Assembly (NCBI GenBank): GCA_037439545.1
Contig: JBBIVV010000028.1
Span: 1-28,509, forward strand
Origin: a bacterium
GTDB taxonomy: Bacteria; JAMCPX01
Direction: 5' to 3'
Length of the DNA stretch: 28,509 nucleotides
Shown here: positions 9,316-18,195 of the stretch, piece by piece
Layout: each line of letters opens with the position of its first letter
Numbering within the stretch: the stretch's first letter is position 1
Notes under the pieces: model-generated
Database searches by the model: none
The model's input: the letters and a program-made list of their open reading frames with translations, nothing else
What the model was told of the DNA's origin: nothing
Made by a program: the position numbers and the translations under genes

Positions 9316-10302
9316 ATGGCAGCATCGGGTATTTCAATGTTTGATGGTGTTCTCGTAGGCGAGTATACCGATAAAATCAACAGAACAGGCGTGAGTGTTA
9401 TATACTTCGAGAATGGGGCGACAGCAGGCGTATACAAGTATGGAAATGCTACCAGTACGAGGCAGATAGATTCACTCGAGGCATCCCATACAGTGTCAAG
9501 GATCGATGCCCTTGTATTCTCAGGCGGCAGTGCATTCGGACTGGATGCCGGATGCGGCGTTATGAGATGGCTGAAAGAAAAGGGTAAAGGAACAGATATA
9601 CGCGGGATAACTATACCTATCGTACCGACCGCAGCAATTTTTGATCTCAGGTTCTCGACAGGCGTAACGCCCGATTGTACCATGGGATACCGTGCATGTA
9701 ATGCGCTGTCAAAGGACATACACGAAGGCTCATTCGGTGCCGGTACAGGTGCAACAGTCGGCAAGATCAATGGCATGGATAGTGCCGTTAAAGCAGGGGT
9801 AGGGACGATTCAAGAAACGCTGTCAGACGGTGTCCGCGTCGCTGTTTATGTCGTGGTCAATGCATTCGGCGATGTTATGGACACCCGTAGAAAGATTATG
9901 GCAGGGGCAAGGGTAGGAAGCACATCGAACGAGTTTATCGATACATCATCGTTTATCAGGAATAGCACTGAAAAGCATACGGACAAAAATACGGATCAAT
10001 TATCGGAGAATACGACTCTCTGTGCGGTTATTACCGATGCAGGGTTTGACAAGGCATCTCTTATTACCATAGCAAAAATGGCTTCAGCAGGGATTGCCAG
10101 AGCAGTATCCCCTGCCGGTGCAAGCTTTGACGGTGATTTGATATTTGCAGTATCGGTCGGTGAAAAGAGCGGACTCATAGATGTCGTCGGCGATATTTCC
10201 GCGCATCTTTTGGAAGAGGCCATAAAAAGGGCCGTACTCTATGCGGACGGTTTCGGTATAATCCCGTCGTACGGGGACTTGAGGGCAGGGAGGATACTAT
10301 GA
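9316..10302 (+). CDS. P1/S58 family (DmpA-like) peptidase/amidohydrolase
   Basis: GGSAFGL, PIVPTAAIFDL, GAGTGATVGK, VVNAFGDV, ENTTL, FDGD. Confidence 0.88.
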   Translation: MAASGISMFDGVLVGEYTDKINRTGVSVIYFENGATAGVYKYGNATSTRQIDSLEASHTVSRIDALVFSGGSAFGLDAGCGVMRWLKEKGKGTDIRGITIPIVPTAAIFDLRFSTGVTPDCTMGYRACNALSKDIHEGSFGAGTGATVGKINGMDSAVKAGVGTIQETLSDGVRVAVYVVVNAFGDVMDTRRKIMAGARVGSTSNEFIDTSSFIRNSTEKHTDKNTDQLSENTTLCAVITDAGFDKASLITIAKMASAGIARAVSPAGASFDGDLIFAVSVGEKSGLIDVVGDISAHLLEEAIKRAVLYADGFGIIPSYGDLRAGRIL

Positions 10303-10457
10303 AGCTTTCAAACGTCATAATTTCTTATAGCGTGCTCCACGGCTGCCCAATCCTGTCATTCCCGCGAAACTCGGAATCCATGACTTTTATCATTAAATAT
10401 ATTGAACTGAATTCCTGTGTACACGTGAATGACAATAGTGATGAGCGAATATGTTGA
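10299..10457 (+). CDS. Possible 52-aa bridging ORF (MKLSNVIISY...LSFPRNSES...DERIC)
   Basis: GGGAGG SD; ATGA overlap with the peptidase stop; its stop (10455-10457) lies just inside the HEAT gene start (ATGTTGA). Too short for the ORF track. Confidence 0.3.
   Translation: MKLSNVIISYSVLHGCPILSFPRNSESMTFIIKYIELNSCVHVNDNSDERIC
10354..10384. repeat. Palindromic repeat half-unit (TGTCATTCCCGCGAAA..GGAATCCA type)
   Basis: TGTCATTCCCGCGAAACTCGGAATCCATGAC; shares the TGTCATTC end with the 1300 element and resembles dRS3/RPE-type cores. Confidence 0.6.
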
Positions 10458-11014
10458 AGGATAGAATAGAGGTATTGAAAGCACTCCTGAAAGACAGTGA
10501 TGAGCAGGTTAGGCAGGCTGCGTCCCGGGCAGTGGAAAAAATGAGCGTAAAAGCCGATATCGGTAAATTCGGCGATGCGCTTGCGAACGAGGATGCTCTT
10601 GTAAGATCGAGGGCTGTGTTCGGGCTTTCGGGTATCGATGATCAGAAGGCGGTAGAGTATCTTGCAATGGCAACAGCCGACAAAGAAACCACTATAAGGG
10701 CACATGCCGTACGTATACTCGGCGAGAAAAAGGCGGTAAAGTACATCGAGGTCATCGTGAAACGCATGTCTGATCCGGAACCTGCAGTAAGGATAGAGGC
10801 AATAAAGGCAATCGGTAATATCGGAAATGCATCGCACCTTGCGCATTTGCTGCAACTGCTGAAGGACCCTCACAATAGCATTGTCGTGGCTGCACTTTCT
10901 GCGATTGGGAAGCTCAAAGATCCAAGGGCAGAAAAAGCACTTGTTATACTATTATCCCATCCTGATGCAGAAATCAGGAGCGCTTCCGCCTCGGCACTTT
11001 CCGAGCTTGAATGA
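10451..11014 (+). CDS. HEAT (PBS lyase-like) repeat protein
   Basis: About six ~31-aa repeats of the form L.D....VR..A...LG.I; no other domain. Confidence 0.9.
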   Translation: MLKDRIEVLKALLKDSDEQVRQAASRAVEKMSVKADIGKFGDALANEDALVRSRAVFGLSGIDDQKAVEYLAMATADKETTIRAHAVRILGEKKAVKYIEVIVKRMSDPEPAVRIEAIKAIGNIGNASHLAHLLQLLKDPHNSIVVAALSAIGKLKDPRAEKALVILLSHPDAEIRSASASALSELE

Positions 11015-11037
11015 AATAAATCGCGGCAGAAACCTTC

Positions 11038-11068
11038 TTTGACAAGAGTCTTTGTCAAAAATTATTGT
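11038..11068 (+). promoter_or_regulatory. sigma70-type promoter with overlapping inverted repeat, upstream of alaC-hom-thrC
   Basis: TTGACA (11039-11044)-N18-TATTGT (11063-11068); perfect dyad TTTGACAA-N6-TTGTCAAA (11038-11059). Confidence 0.6.
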
Positions 11069-11111
11069 ATTCCAGCTCTATTTTTGATTAAACAAATCAG
11101 GAGGATTTTGC

Positions 11112-12296
11112 ATGGACATGGATATGAGTGACTTTCCGCGGATCACACGGCTGCCGTACTATGTATTCAACATAGTAAACGAGCTCAAAATAAAGGCTCG
11201 CAGGGCAGGGGAAGACATTATAGATCTCGGCATGGGTAATCCGGACCAGCCGACACCTCCTCATATTGTAAACAAGCTCGTGGAGGCAGCAGAGAACGGA
11301 AAGAACCACCGGTATTCCGTATCGAGGGGCATTTATAAACTCAGGGTAGCTATAAGCGACTGGTACAAACGCAGGTATGATATTTACATCGATCCGGAAG
11401 CAGAGGCAATAGTGACCCTTGGAGCAAAGGAAGGTATCGCTCATCTTGTGCTCGCGATGATGGACAAAGGCGATGTCGCTATAGTGCCTGGTCCTGCTTA
11501 TCCCATACATCCTTATTCCGTAATAATCGCAGGCGGCGACGTAAGGGCAATACCGCTTGCGACAGATCAATCTTTTTTTGATGAACTTGAAAAGGCGATC
11601 AAGAACAACTGGCCCAAGCCAAAACTACTTATTATCTCGTTCCCGCACAACCCGACAACCGCTGTCGTCGATCGCGAGTTCTTCGAGAAGATTATTGCGT
11701 TTGCGAGGGAAAACAAGCTATACATAATACACGATCTTGCGTATGCAGATCTCGTATTCGACGGATACAAAGCTCCGAGCATTCTCGAAATACCCGGGGC
11801 AAAGGATAGTGCTGTGGAATTCTTTACTCTGTCAAAGAGTTACAATATGCCCGGCTGGCGCGTCGGGTTTGCGGTAGGCAACCAGAAAATGATCTATGCG
11901 CTTTCGAGGATTAAGAGTTATCTTGACTACGGTATGTTTCAGCCTATACAGATAGCTGCAATAACGGCATTGAATGGTCCTTATGAGCCTGTCGTGGAAA
12001 TAGCGAATCTTTATAAAAAAAGGCGGGATGCACTGATTGATGGACTTGAAAGGATCGGATGGCATATAGATAAGCCCAGGGCAACCATGTTTGTATGGGC
12101 TTCTATACCGGAACAGTTTAAAAAACTTGGTTCTCTCGAGTTTACGAAGCTTTTGCTGAGCGAAGGCAAGGTTGCGGTTTCTCCGGGCATAGGTTTTGGT
12201 GATTATGGAGAAGGCTCTGTGAGATTTTCGCTGATCGAGAATGAAGAGCGGACCCAGCAGGCTGTAAGGGGCATAAAAAAGGTTTTGCATAAATGA
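11112..12296 (+). CDS. alaC: PLP-dependent class I/II aminotransferase, AlaC-like
   Basis: [57 protein letters not shown]; directly upstream of hom. Confidence 0.85.
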   Translation: MDMDMSDFPRITRLPYYVFNIVNELKIKARRAGEDIIDLGMGNPDQPTPPHIVNKLVEAAENGKNHRYSVSRGIYKLRVAISDWYKRRYDIYIDPEAEAIVTLGAKEGIAHLVLAMMDKGDVAIVPGPAYPIHPYSVIIAGGDVRAIPLATDQSFFDELEKAIKNNWPKPKLLIISFPHNPTTAVVDREFFEKIIAFARENKLYIIHDLAYADLVFDGYKAPSILEIPGAKDSAVEFFTLSKSYNMPGWRVGFAVGNQKMIYALSRIKSYLDYGMFQPIQIAAITALNGPYEPVVEIANLYKKRRDALIDGLERIGWHIDKPRATMFVWASIPEQFKKLGSLEFTKLLLSEGKVAVSPGIGFGDYGEGSVRFSLIENEERTQQAVRGIKKVLHK

Positions 12297-13603
12297 AGAA
12301 TGGTAATATGAGAATAGGACTTGCAGGTTTCGGAACCATCGGTACCGGTGTTGTCAGTACGATCCTGGGCAGGGATAAGATGCTGACAGCGAGGACAGGC
12401 TATAGCTTTGAGCTCGTAAAAATTGCCGATCTCGACATTAAAAAAGGCCGGGGGCTCGGGATCCCTTCCTCCATGCTGACCCGCGATGTAAATGAGATCC
12501 TTCGTGACGATTCTATAGATATCTTTATCGAACTTATAGGCGGGATACATCCGGCAAGGGAATTTATTATAAGAGCAATGGAAAAGGGAAAGAGTGTCGT
12601 GACTGCCAATAAGGCACTCCTTGCCAATCACGGTTCTGAACTTTTCAGGATTGCAGAGAAAAACGGTGTTTCCATCGGTTTTGAGGCATCCGTTGGAGGA
12701 GGAATACCTATCATCAATGCTATGACCAACAGCCTTGTCGCAAACAATTTTTTATCCATTTCAGCCATTATCAACGGCACTTCAAACTATATCCTTTCAA
12801 AAATGACCTCTGCAGGCGGAGAGTTTTCAGAGGTGCTTGCTGAGGCAAAAGCACATGGCTATGCAGAAGCCGATCCGTCCTTCGATGTGGACGGTATCGA
12901 TGCAGCGCATAAGCTCGTTATCCTGCTCGTTCTTGCGTACCGCAGTGCAGTATCGATGAAGGATATCTATATCGAAGGAATAAAAGATATAACGCAGCTC
13001 GACATACGGTTTGCCGATGAACTCGGGTATGTCATCAAACAGCTTGCCATTGCAAAAGTGGAGGGCAGTGCGGTAAGTGCAAGGGTCCACCCTGCAATGG
13101 TCGCAAAGGGAACGATTATTTCCATGATAAATGATGTATATAACGGAATACACATTGTCGGCGATGCAGTGGGTTCCCAGTTGTTCGTCGGCAAAGGTGC
13201 GGGCATGATGCCGACAGCAAGTGCAGTGGTCAGCGATATTGTTGATATATCGAAAAAAATAAGAGAGAAGAATGTATCGCTGCTGAAGCACACTATTTTT
13301 ACGGGTAAGAAAGCATTGCGAATTATAAATATAGGGAGTATAAAATCACGCTACTATCTGAGATTTACCGTGCTTGACAGACCCGGCGTGCTTGCACGTA
13401 TAACAAAGGTCCTCGGTACGCACAACATAAGCATAGAATCCGTTATACAGAAAGGCAGAAATGTGGGTGAGTTCGTGCCTATTGTCATCATGACCCACTC
13501 TGCCGCAGAGGTGAATCTCGTAAGGGCACTGAAGATTATAGACAGTTTCGAGGTCGTTAAAGAAAAGACAAAGTTTATCAGAATAGAGGAAGAGGTAATA
13601 TAG
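12293..13603 (+). CDS. hom: Homoserine dehydrogenase with C-terminal ACT domain
   Basis: [58 protein letters not shown] overlap with alaC. Confidence 0.97.
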   Translation: MKNGNMRIGLAGFGTIGTGVVSTILGRDKMLTARTGYSFELVKIADLDIKKGRGLGIPSSMLTRDVNEILRDDSIDIFIELIGGIHPAREFIIRAMEKGKSVVTANKALLANHGSELFRIAEKNGVSIGFEASVGGGIPIINAMTNSLVANNFLSISAIINGTSNYILSKMTSAGGEFSEVLAEAKAHGYAEADPSFDVDGIDAAHKLVILLVLAYRSAVSMKDIYIEGIKDITQLDIRFADELGYVIKQLAIAKVEGSAVSARVHPAMVAKGTIISMINDVYNGIHIVGDAVGSQLFVGKGAGMMPTASAVVSDIVDISKKIREKNVSLLKHTIFTGKKALRIINIGSIKSRYYLRFTVLDRPGVLARITKVLGTHNISIESVIQKGRNVGEFVPIVIMTHSAAEVNLVRALKIIDSFEVVKEKTKFIRIEEEVI

Positions 13604-13605
13604 AA

Positions 13606-14667
13606 ATGACATTGCACAGAGGTATAATAAGGAAGTACAGGCAATTCCTGCCGGACATAGAAGAGGATAATATTATTTCAATTCATGAAGGAAATACACC
13701 GCTTATTTATGCAAAAAACCTGAGCTCATTTATAAACCCTTCGCTCCATATCTATCTGAAGTATGAAGGTTTGAATCCGACAGGCTCTTTCAAAGACAGA
13801 GGTATGACGGTTGCCGTGTCTATGGCAAAGCAGCAGAACTCAAAAGCCGTTATATGCGCTTCAACAGGCAACACTTCGGCTTCGGCGTCAGCGTATGCAG
13901 CATCGGCAAACATCAAAGCTTATGTCATTATTCCAGAAGGAAAGATAGCGCTTGGAAAGCTATCGCAGGCTATCGTTCATGGTGCAATGGTAATACAGGT
14001 AAGAGGCAATTTTGATGATGCATTGAAGGTCGTGAGAGAGATATCGCAGAGATACTCCGTGACGCTTGTCAATTCTTTAAATCCGTACAGGCTTCAGGGG
14101 CAAAAGACGGCAGCCTTTGAGGTGTGCGATCAGCTTGCACGCGTGCCCGATTATCACTGCCTGCCGGTCGGCAATGCAGGCAATATAACGGCCTATTGGA
14201 TGGGTTACAAAGAATACAGGGACAAGGGGTATACCGACAGAATGCCTGTTATGGCCGGTTTTCAGGCAGAAGGTGCTGCACCGATAGTCAGAGGTTATGC
14301 CATAAAGAATCCCGAGACCATTGCAACGGCGATCAGGATCGGCAATCCTGCAAGCTGGAAAAAGGCAGAGCAGGCAAGGGATGAGTCAAGCGGGATTATT
14401 GATATGGTTTCGGACAGGGAAATCCTCGACGCATACAAGCTTGTTGCAAGCATGGAGGGCGTGTATTGCGAGCCGGCATCGGCAGCGTCCATTGCAGGGT
14501 TGATTAAAATGAATGCCAGGAATTATTTTAAGCCGGATTCGCACATAGTATGCACGCTTACAGGACACGGATTAAAAGATCCCGACACCGCATTGAAGAT
14601 GTTCCAGAAGCCCGTTGTTATGGACCCCGTTGTCGAAGATGTGCTTAAGATCATGAAGTTCGAGTAG
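13606..14667 (+). CDS. thrC: Threonine synthase
   Basis: EGNTPL, NPTGSFKDRG, CASTGNTS, PVGNAGN, EPASAAS, TGHGLKDP. Confidence 0.97.
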   Translation: MTLHRGIIRKYRQFLPDIEEDNIISIHEGNTPLIYAKNLSSFINPSLHIYLKYEGLNPTGSFKDRGMTVAVSMAKQQNSKAVICASTGNTSASASAYAASANIKAYVIIPEGKIALGKLSQAIVHGAMVIQVRGNFDDALKVVREISQRYSVTLVNSLNPYRLQGQKTAAFEVCDQLARVPDYHCLPVGNAGNITAYWMGYKEYRDKGYTDRMPVMAGFQAEGAAPIVRGYAIKNPETIATAIRIGNPASWKKAEQARDESSGIIDMVSDREILDAYKLVASMEGVYCEPASAASIAGLIKMNARNYFKPDSHIVCTLTGHGLKDPDTALKMFQKPVVMDPVVEDVLKIMKFE

Positions 14668-14708
14668 GGGTTATTCGGTGAATCGCACCTATTTTGGTCT
14701 CGCGGGAT

Positions 14709-15218
14709 TTATTTGTTTTGCCCGCTCTCTCTCAGTGTCTTAATTAATTTCTGCCTCTGTTCAGGGCTCATGCTTTTCCATATCAGATATTTTTTTCTGA
14801 GTATTTCTTTTTCTCTCGGGGACAATGACTGATAGATCGTATAATTCCTGAGGATCATCTTTCTTTTGGCAGGAGGAAGCGTCAGCCACCTCTTATATGA
14901 GTCGATGATCAATTCCTTTTGTTCTTCCGGAAGGCTCCGGAATGTTCTGAAGTTTTCTATAATCTTCTTTTGCTCCTCGGCAGGCAGGGATTTGAACACC
15001 GTGTAATTATGGATGATCAGTTCACGCCTTTCCTCGGGCAGGGACTGCCATTTTTCATACATCTTCCTTAGTTCCTGCTTCTTCTCAGGACTTATCTTGT
15101 TCCACTGTTCCTGTTCATTGAAGGTATTGCCCGCGCTTTCACTTATGGGCTGTGCCGTTACCACGGATGGGATTATAAGAAGTACGTAGATAAATATTAC
15201 GAGTCTGAATATCTTCAT
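14709..15218 (-). CDS. Exported 18-aa-repeat helical protein, DUF3106-like
   Basis: Signal peptide, then seven 18-aa repeats (W/F/Y)xxL(S/P)xExxxxIxxxYxx. Confidence 0.8.
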   Translation of the reverse strand: MKIFRLVIFIYVLLIIPSVVTAQPISESAGNTFNEQEQWNKISPEKKQELRKMYEKWQSLPEERRELIIHNYTVFKSLPAEEQKKIIENFRTFRSLPEEQKELIIDSYKRWLTLPPAKRKMILRNYTIYQSLSPREKEILRKKYLIWKSMSPEQRQKLIKTLRESGQNK

Positions 15219-15496
15219 TGTTTGCCCTCCTGTTCGAAAACATTCATATACTTATAAAGTTCAAGATGCTCATACATGTCCATGTGCTCCAGTATATCCA
15301 GATGCTCTATGATGTCCGCATCCTCTTGTTTCGTATTATTCCGTTCGACGGCTGTTGAAGTTTGTATGACCGCCGTCGTTTCAGCAAATCCGGTTTGAGA
15401 ATTTCGTCCTCCGCCGGTTGCCGGGGTAAAGGTGGCAGCATACAGTGTTAAAGGCAGGCCTATGATTATAAGAAAAAGCAGTATATTGCCTCTCAT
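15215..15496 (-). CDS. Small exported protein with His/Met-rich hexad-repeat tail
   Basis: Signal peptide (..TLYA), Thr-rich linker, then ADIIEH-LDILEH-MDMYEH-LELYKY-MNVFEQ; ATGA overlaps at both ends. Confidence 0.8.
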   Translation of the reverse strand: MRGNILLFLIIIGLPLTLYAATFTPATGGGRNSQTGFAETTAVIQTSTAVERNNTKQEDADIIEHLDILEHMDMYEHLELYKYMNVFEQEGKQ

Positions 15497-16005
15497 TTGA
15501 TACCCCCTGTGTTATCATTCTGATTGACCGCCATTACCTCATGCAGGTGTTCTATCATATCCATGTGTTTGTAAAGCTCCATATTCTGATACATATCCAT
15601 CGAGCTCAGCATGCCTCGTGAAGCTTCAGACTGTGTTTTAAAGCTGTGGATACCCACTACAGCGATGACCGCAAGCATGACGGCAGCGAATGTTCCGGCA
15701 TATATCCATGTCAAACGATGTCTTGCAGCGGAAAATCTTCCCGCAGGTTTTAGATAGGGCATATTGATGATAGCATTATCAATCTTGTGTTTCAGCTCAG
15801 CGGGCGGGGTGTGCTCAGGCATTCCCTTGATCTTACTGTCAAGTTCTAAAGTCTTTTCATAGTATGCCTTTGCATCGGGACACTGCTCCATGAGATTATC
15901 GGCCTTTGCCTTCGATACCCGATCAAGCTCATTGTCGAGGTACGCTGAAATAAGCCCTTTCGAGAAGTAAAATTTCATTTTTACATTCATTTTACCGATG
16001 TTCAT
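15493..16005 (-). CDS. Anti-sigma factor (degenerate zf-HC2-like domain, one TM, periplasmic tail)
   Basis: LISAYLDNEL...CPD, one TM helix, C-terminal hexad repeats; ATGA-coupled to the sigma factor. Confidence 0.85.
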   Translation of the reverse strand: MNIGKMNVKMKFYFSKGLISAYLDNELDRVSKAKADNLMEQCPDAKAYYEKTLELDSKIKGMPEHTPPAELKHKIDNAIINMPYLKPAGRFSAARHRLTWIYAGTFAAVMLAVIAVVGIHSFKTQSEASRGMLSSMDMYQNMELYKHMDMIEHLHEVMAVNQNDNTGGIK

Positions 16006-16535
16006 AGAGAAACCTTTATTAACTTTTCTCTGGCCCTGCTTAAGAGTGATTTTACGGCTTTTTCGCTTACCTTCAATACCGTTGCTATCTCTGTATAATC
16101 CAGGCCTTCATAGCTTCTTAAAAGCAATGCAGTCCTCTGGTTTTCCGGTAAGCTGTGTATGCTGTTTAAAAAATCCTGTTCCATATCATTCAAAATGACC
16201 CTGTCATCCGGGAGCAAACCTTCATCATGGGCAGCATCAGCTTCCAGTGATTCTAACTTTCTGTTCTTGTGGTGTTCATTGATTGCGAGATTCGTTGCAA
16301 TAGTAAAGAGCCACGTTGAAAATTTTGCAGTCGGCTCATAATTTTTAGCTGCGACATACATCTTTACAAATACCTCCTGTGTCACATCCTCTGAAACATA
16401 CCTGTTACCGGTAAATCTGAATACATAGTTATAAACCTTTTTGTTGAATCTGCCGTACAGTTCGTCAAATGCCGCCCTATTACCTTGTTTAAGTCTGAGC
16501 ATTGCATTTGTATCATCATCCATAGCATCTCTCAT
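16002..16535 (-). CDS. ECF RNA polymerase sigma factor
   Basis: Region 2 (AAFDELY, EDVTQEVF, KFSTWLFTIATN) and region 4 (LPENQR, YTEIA, VKSLLSRAR); 177 aa. Confidence 0.95.
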   Translation of the reverse strand: MRDAMDDDTNAMLRLKQGNRAAFDELYGRFNKKVYNYVFRFTGNRYVSEDVTQEVFVKMYVAAKNYEPTAKFSTWLFTIATNLAINEHHKNRKLESLEADAAHDEGLLPDDRVILNDMEQDFLNSIHSLPENQRTALLLRSYEGLDYTEIATVLKVSEKAVKSLLSRAREKLIKVSL

Positions 16536-16539
16536 AATG

Positions 16540-16567
16540 TTAAACCATTGAATATATGAAAAGTTCC
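16540..16567 (-). promoter_or_regulatory. ECF-type autoregulatory promoter
   Basis: Minus strand GGAAC (16567-16563)-N17-GTTTAA (16545-16540), 4 nt before the sigma ATG. Confidence 0.7.
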
Positions 16568-16655
16568 GGTTCGCCCCGTGAAAAGTATATCTTTTGAATA
16601 AAACAAACTATCCTCATCAGAAACTTGCCTCCCATACAGGAAGATTCTCACGGGG

Positions 16656-18101
16656 TTACCACTTAATATCAGCGCCGAACAGCACCTGGACAACCCTTTT
16701 AATGTCGTATTGCTGGAAGAAATCACCGGGCTTAAAATAATCCAGCTCAAAGGGAAATGAAAGGTGTTTGTTCGGCATATAGGTAAAGATAAAGTCAGTT
16801 TCAAAGCCATAGGTTGAATCTCCCACTTCAGGGAATATGATTGCCGGTATCATCATAAATTCTATCGGTTTTGCGGGATAAAAGTCGAGGTTTGCTCCAT
16901 AGGCGACATTGCCAAGCCCTCTCCTGCCTGCAAATGCAATGGTTCCGGTATTGATATTTTGATTTATACCGCCATTGAAGAACAGGGATGTTTCTGTATT
17001 GTAGGGGAAGATAGTAAGAAAGCTGTCTAAAGTTCCCTGCTTTTCAATAGCTTCTACAGGGGTTTTATCTCCGGATGAAAGATTGAAGAATATGCCGATT
17101 GTTGCCTTGTCTTTTATATGATATTTAAGTTTGGCGTCCGTCAGATAGCCATAGGTGCCGAAGCTGCGGCTGAAAGGCGGGTTATTGACGGCAAAGCAAT
17201 TATTCCCATCTATAGTGCCATTGCCGAATTCGAGTATGCCCGTGAGGTTTGCTTCAAATGGACCGAAGTATCTGTCCCCGGTAATGCCCCACCAGTTTAT
17301 AGTGCTGTTTGATGAATACAGAGGTCCTCCATTCGAGTATTCCCGCTGCAGACATGCCATGATCTGGGCGGCTTTTGTTTTACCGTATTTATTTACAAGA
17401 GCATTGTATGTCGTGCGGTTAAATAGTGATGTGTAAATAATACTGTTCAGCATTGGTGCGAGGGTATTGTCCGTGTCCTGAAAATGAGAGTAGAATGCCG
17501 TCAGATATTCAAATAAAGAAAAGCTGTAGCTTAATTCCGCATCATAAAACATGCTTGTTCGTGAAGTGTCATAAAGTTTGTAGGGCTCGACTTTGGCAGC
17601 ATCAAAATAAAACGTCAACGGTAAATTAAGCTTATCGGTCATATCATAGGAAAAGGTGATGGATGGCTGATAGTTGTCGAATAAAAACCTTGAGCCTCCG
17701 ACGATCTCCTGTTCCCCTGCAGAAATGTTCATAGAATCAGAAGGACTCAATACTATAAATGCCTGTCTGAGGAAGTAGGTATCGTTGAAATAATCATTTG
17801 CATTCTCGACGCCGTAAAGATTAAGACTATTCGATGAGAATGTTCTTGCAGACAGCTCGCCGGTGTAGAGCTCGATCGTCCCGTTGAACCATTCACCCTG
17901 ACTGATATCAAGCTCGGGCATAAGATATGCTGCGGCAAATCCAGCATCGGGATAATCAACGCCCGGGTTAAGAAGTGAAAGGTTTGACCCTGATTGATAC
18001 CTCAGACTGACGACACCTGTCGTAGACGCAGTAAACGCATAGGCGTCGAAGGCCGCGAGCTCCACTATGCATAGAAGCAGTATCTTAAATTTGAAAAGCA
18101 T
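16656..18101 (-). CDS. Putative outer-membrane beta-barrel protein
   Basis: Signal peptide (..AYA), many amphipathic aromatic strands, YFKPGDFF near the end, C-terminal ADIKW beta-signal. Confidence 0.75.
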   Translation of the reverse strand: MLFKFKILLLCIVELAAFDAYAFTASTTGVVSLRYQSGSNLSLLNPGVDYPDAGFAAAYLMPELDISQGEWFNGTIELYTGELSARTFSSNSLNLYGVENANDYFNDTYFLRQAFIVLSPSDSMNISAGEQEIVGGSRFLFDNYQPSITFSYDMTDKLNLPLTFYFDAAKVEPYKLYDTSRTSMFYDAELSYSFSLFEYLTAFYSHFQDTDNTLAPMLNSIIYTSLFNRTTYNALVNKYGKTKAAQIMACLQREYSNGGPLYSSNSTINWWGITGDRYFGPFEANLTGILEFGNGTIDGNNCFAVNNPPFSRSFGTYGYLTDAKLKYHIKDKATIGIFFNLSSGDKTPVEAIEKQGTLDSFLTIFPYNTETSLFFNGGINQNINTGTIAFAGRRGLGNVAYGANLDFYPAKPIEFMMIPAIIFPEVGDSTYGFETDFIFTYMPNKHLSFPFELDYFKPGDFFQQYDIKRVVQVLFGADIKW

Positions 18102-18117
18102 AAGATGTTATTTTTTT

Positions 18118-18126
18118 ATTATATCA
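18118..18126 (-). promoter_or_regulatory. Extended -10 promoter for the beta-barrel gene
   Basis: Minus strand TG-A-TATAAT, 16 nt before the ATG at 18101. Confidence 0.5.
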
Positions 18127-18160
18127 GCAGGGAAAATGCAATAGGAAATTTGCCGGGTAG

Positions 18161-18190
18161 TTGAAATATTCGGATAGTATGATATATAAT
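18161..18190 (+). promoter_or_regulatory. sigma70-type promoter for yggT
   Basis: TTGAAA (18161-18166)-N18-TATAAT (18185-18190). Confidence 0.55.
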
Positions 18191-18195
18191 GAACC

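Noticed and set aside
14668..14708. Bidirectional terminator between thrC and the ECF operon
   Set aside because: Only a 4-bp stem (GGTG/CACC); too weak to call.
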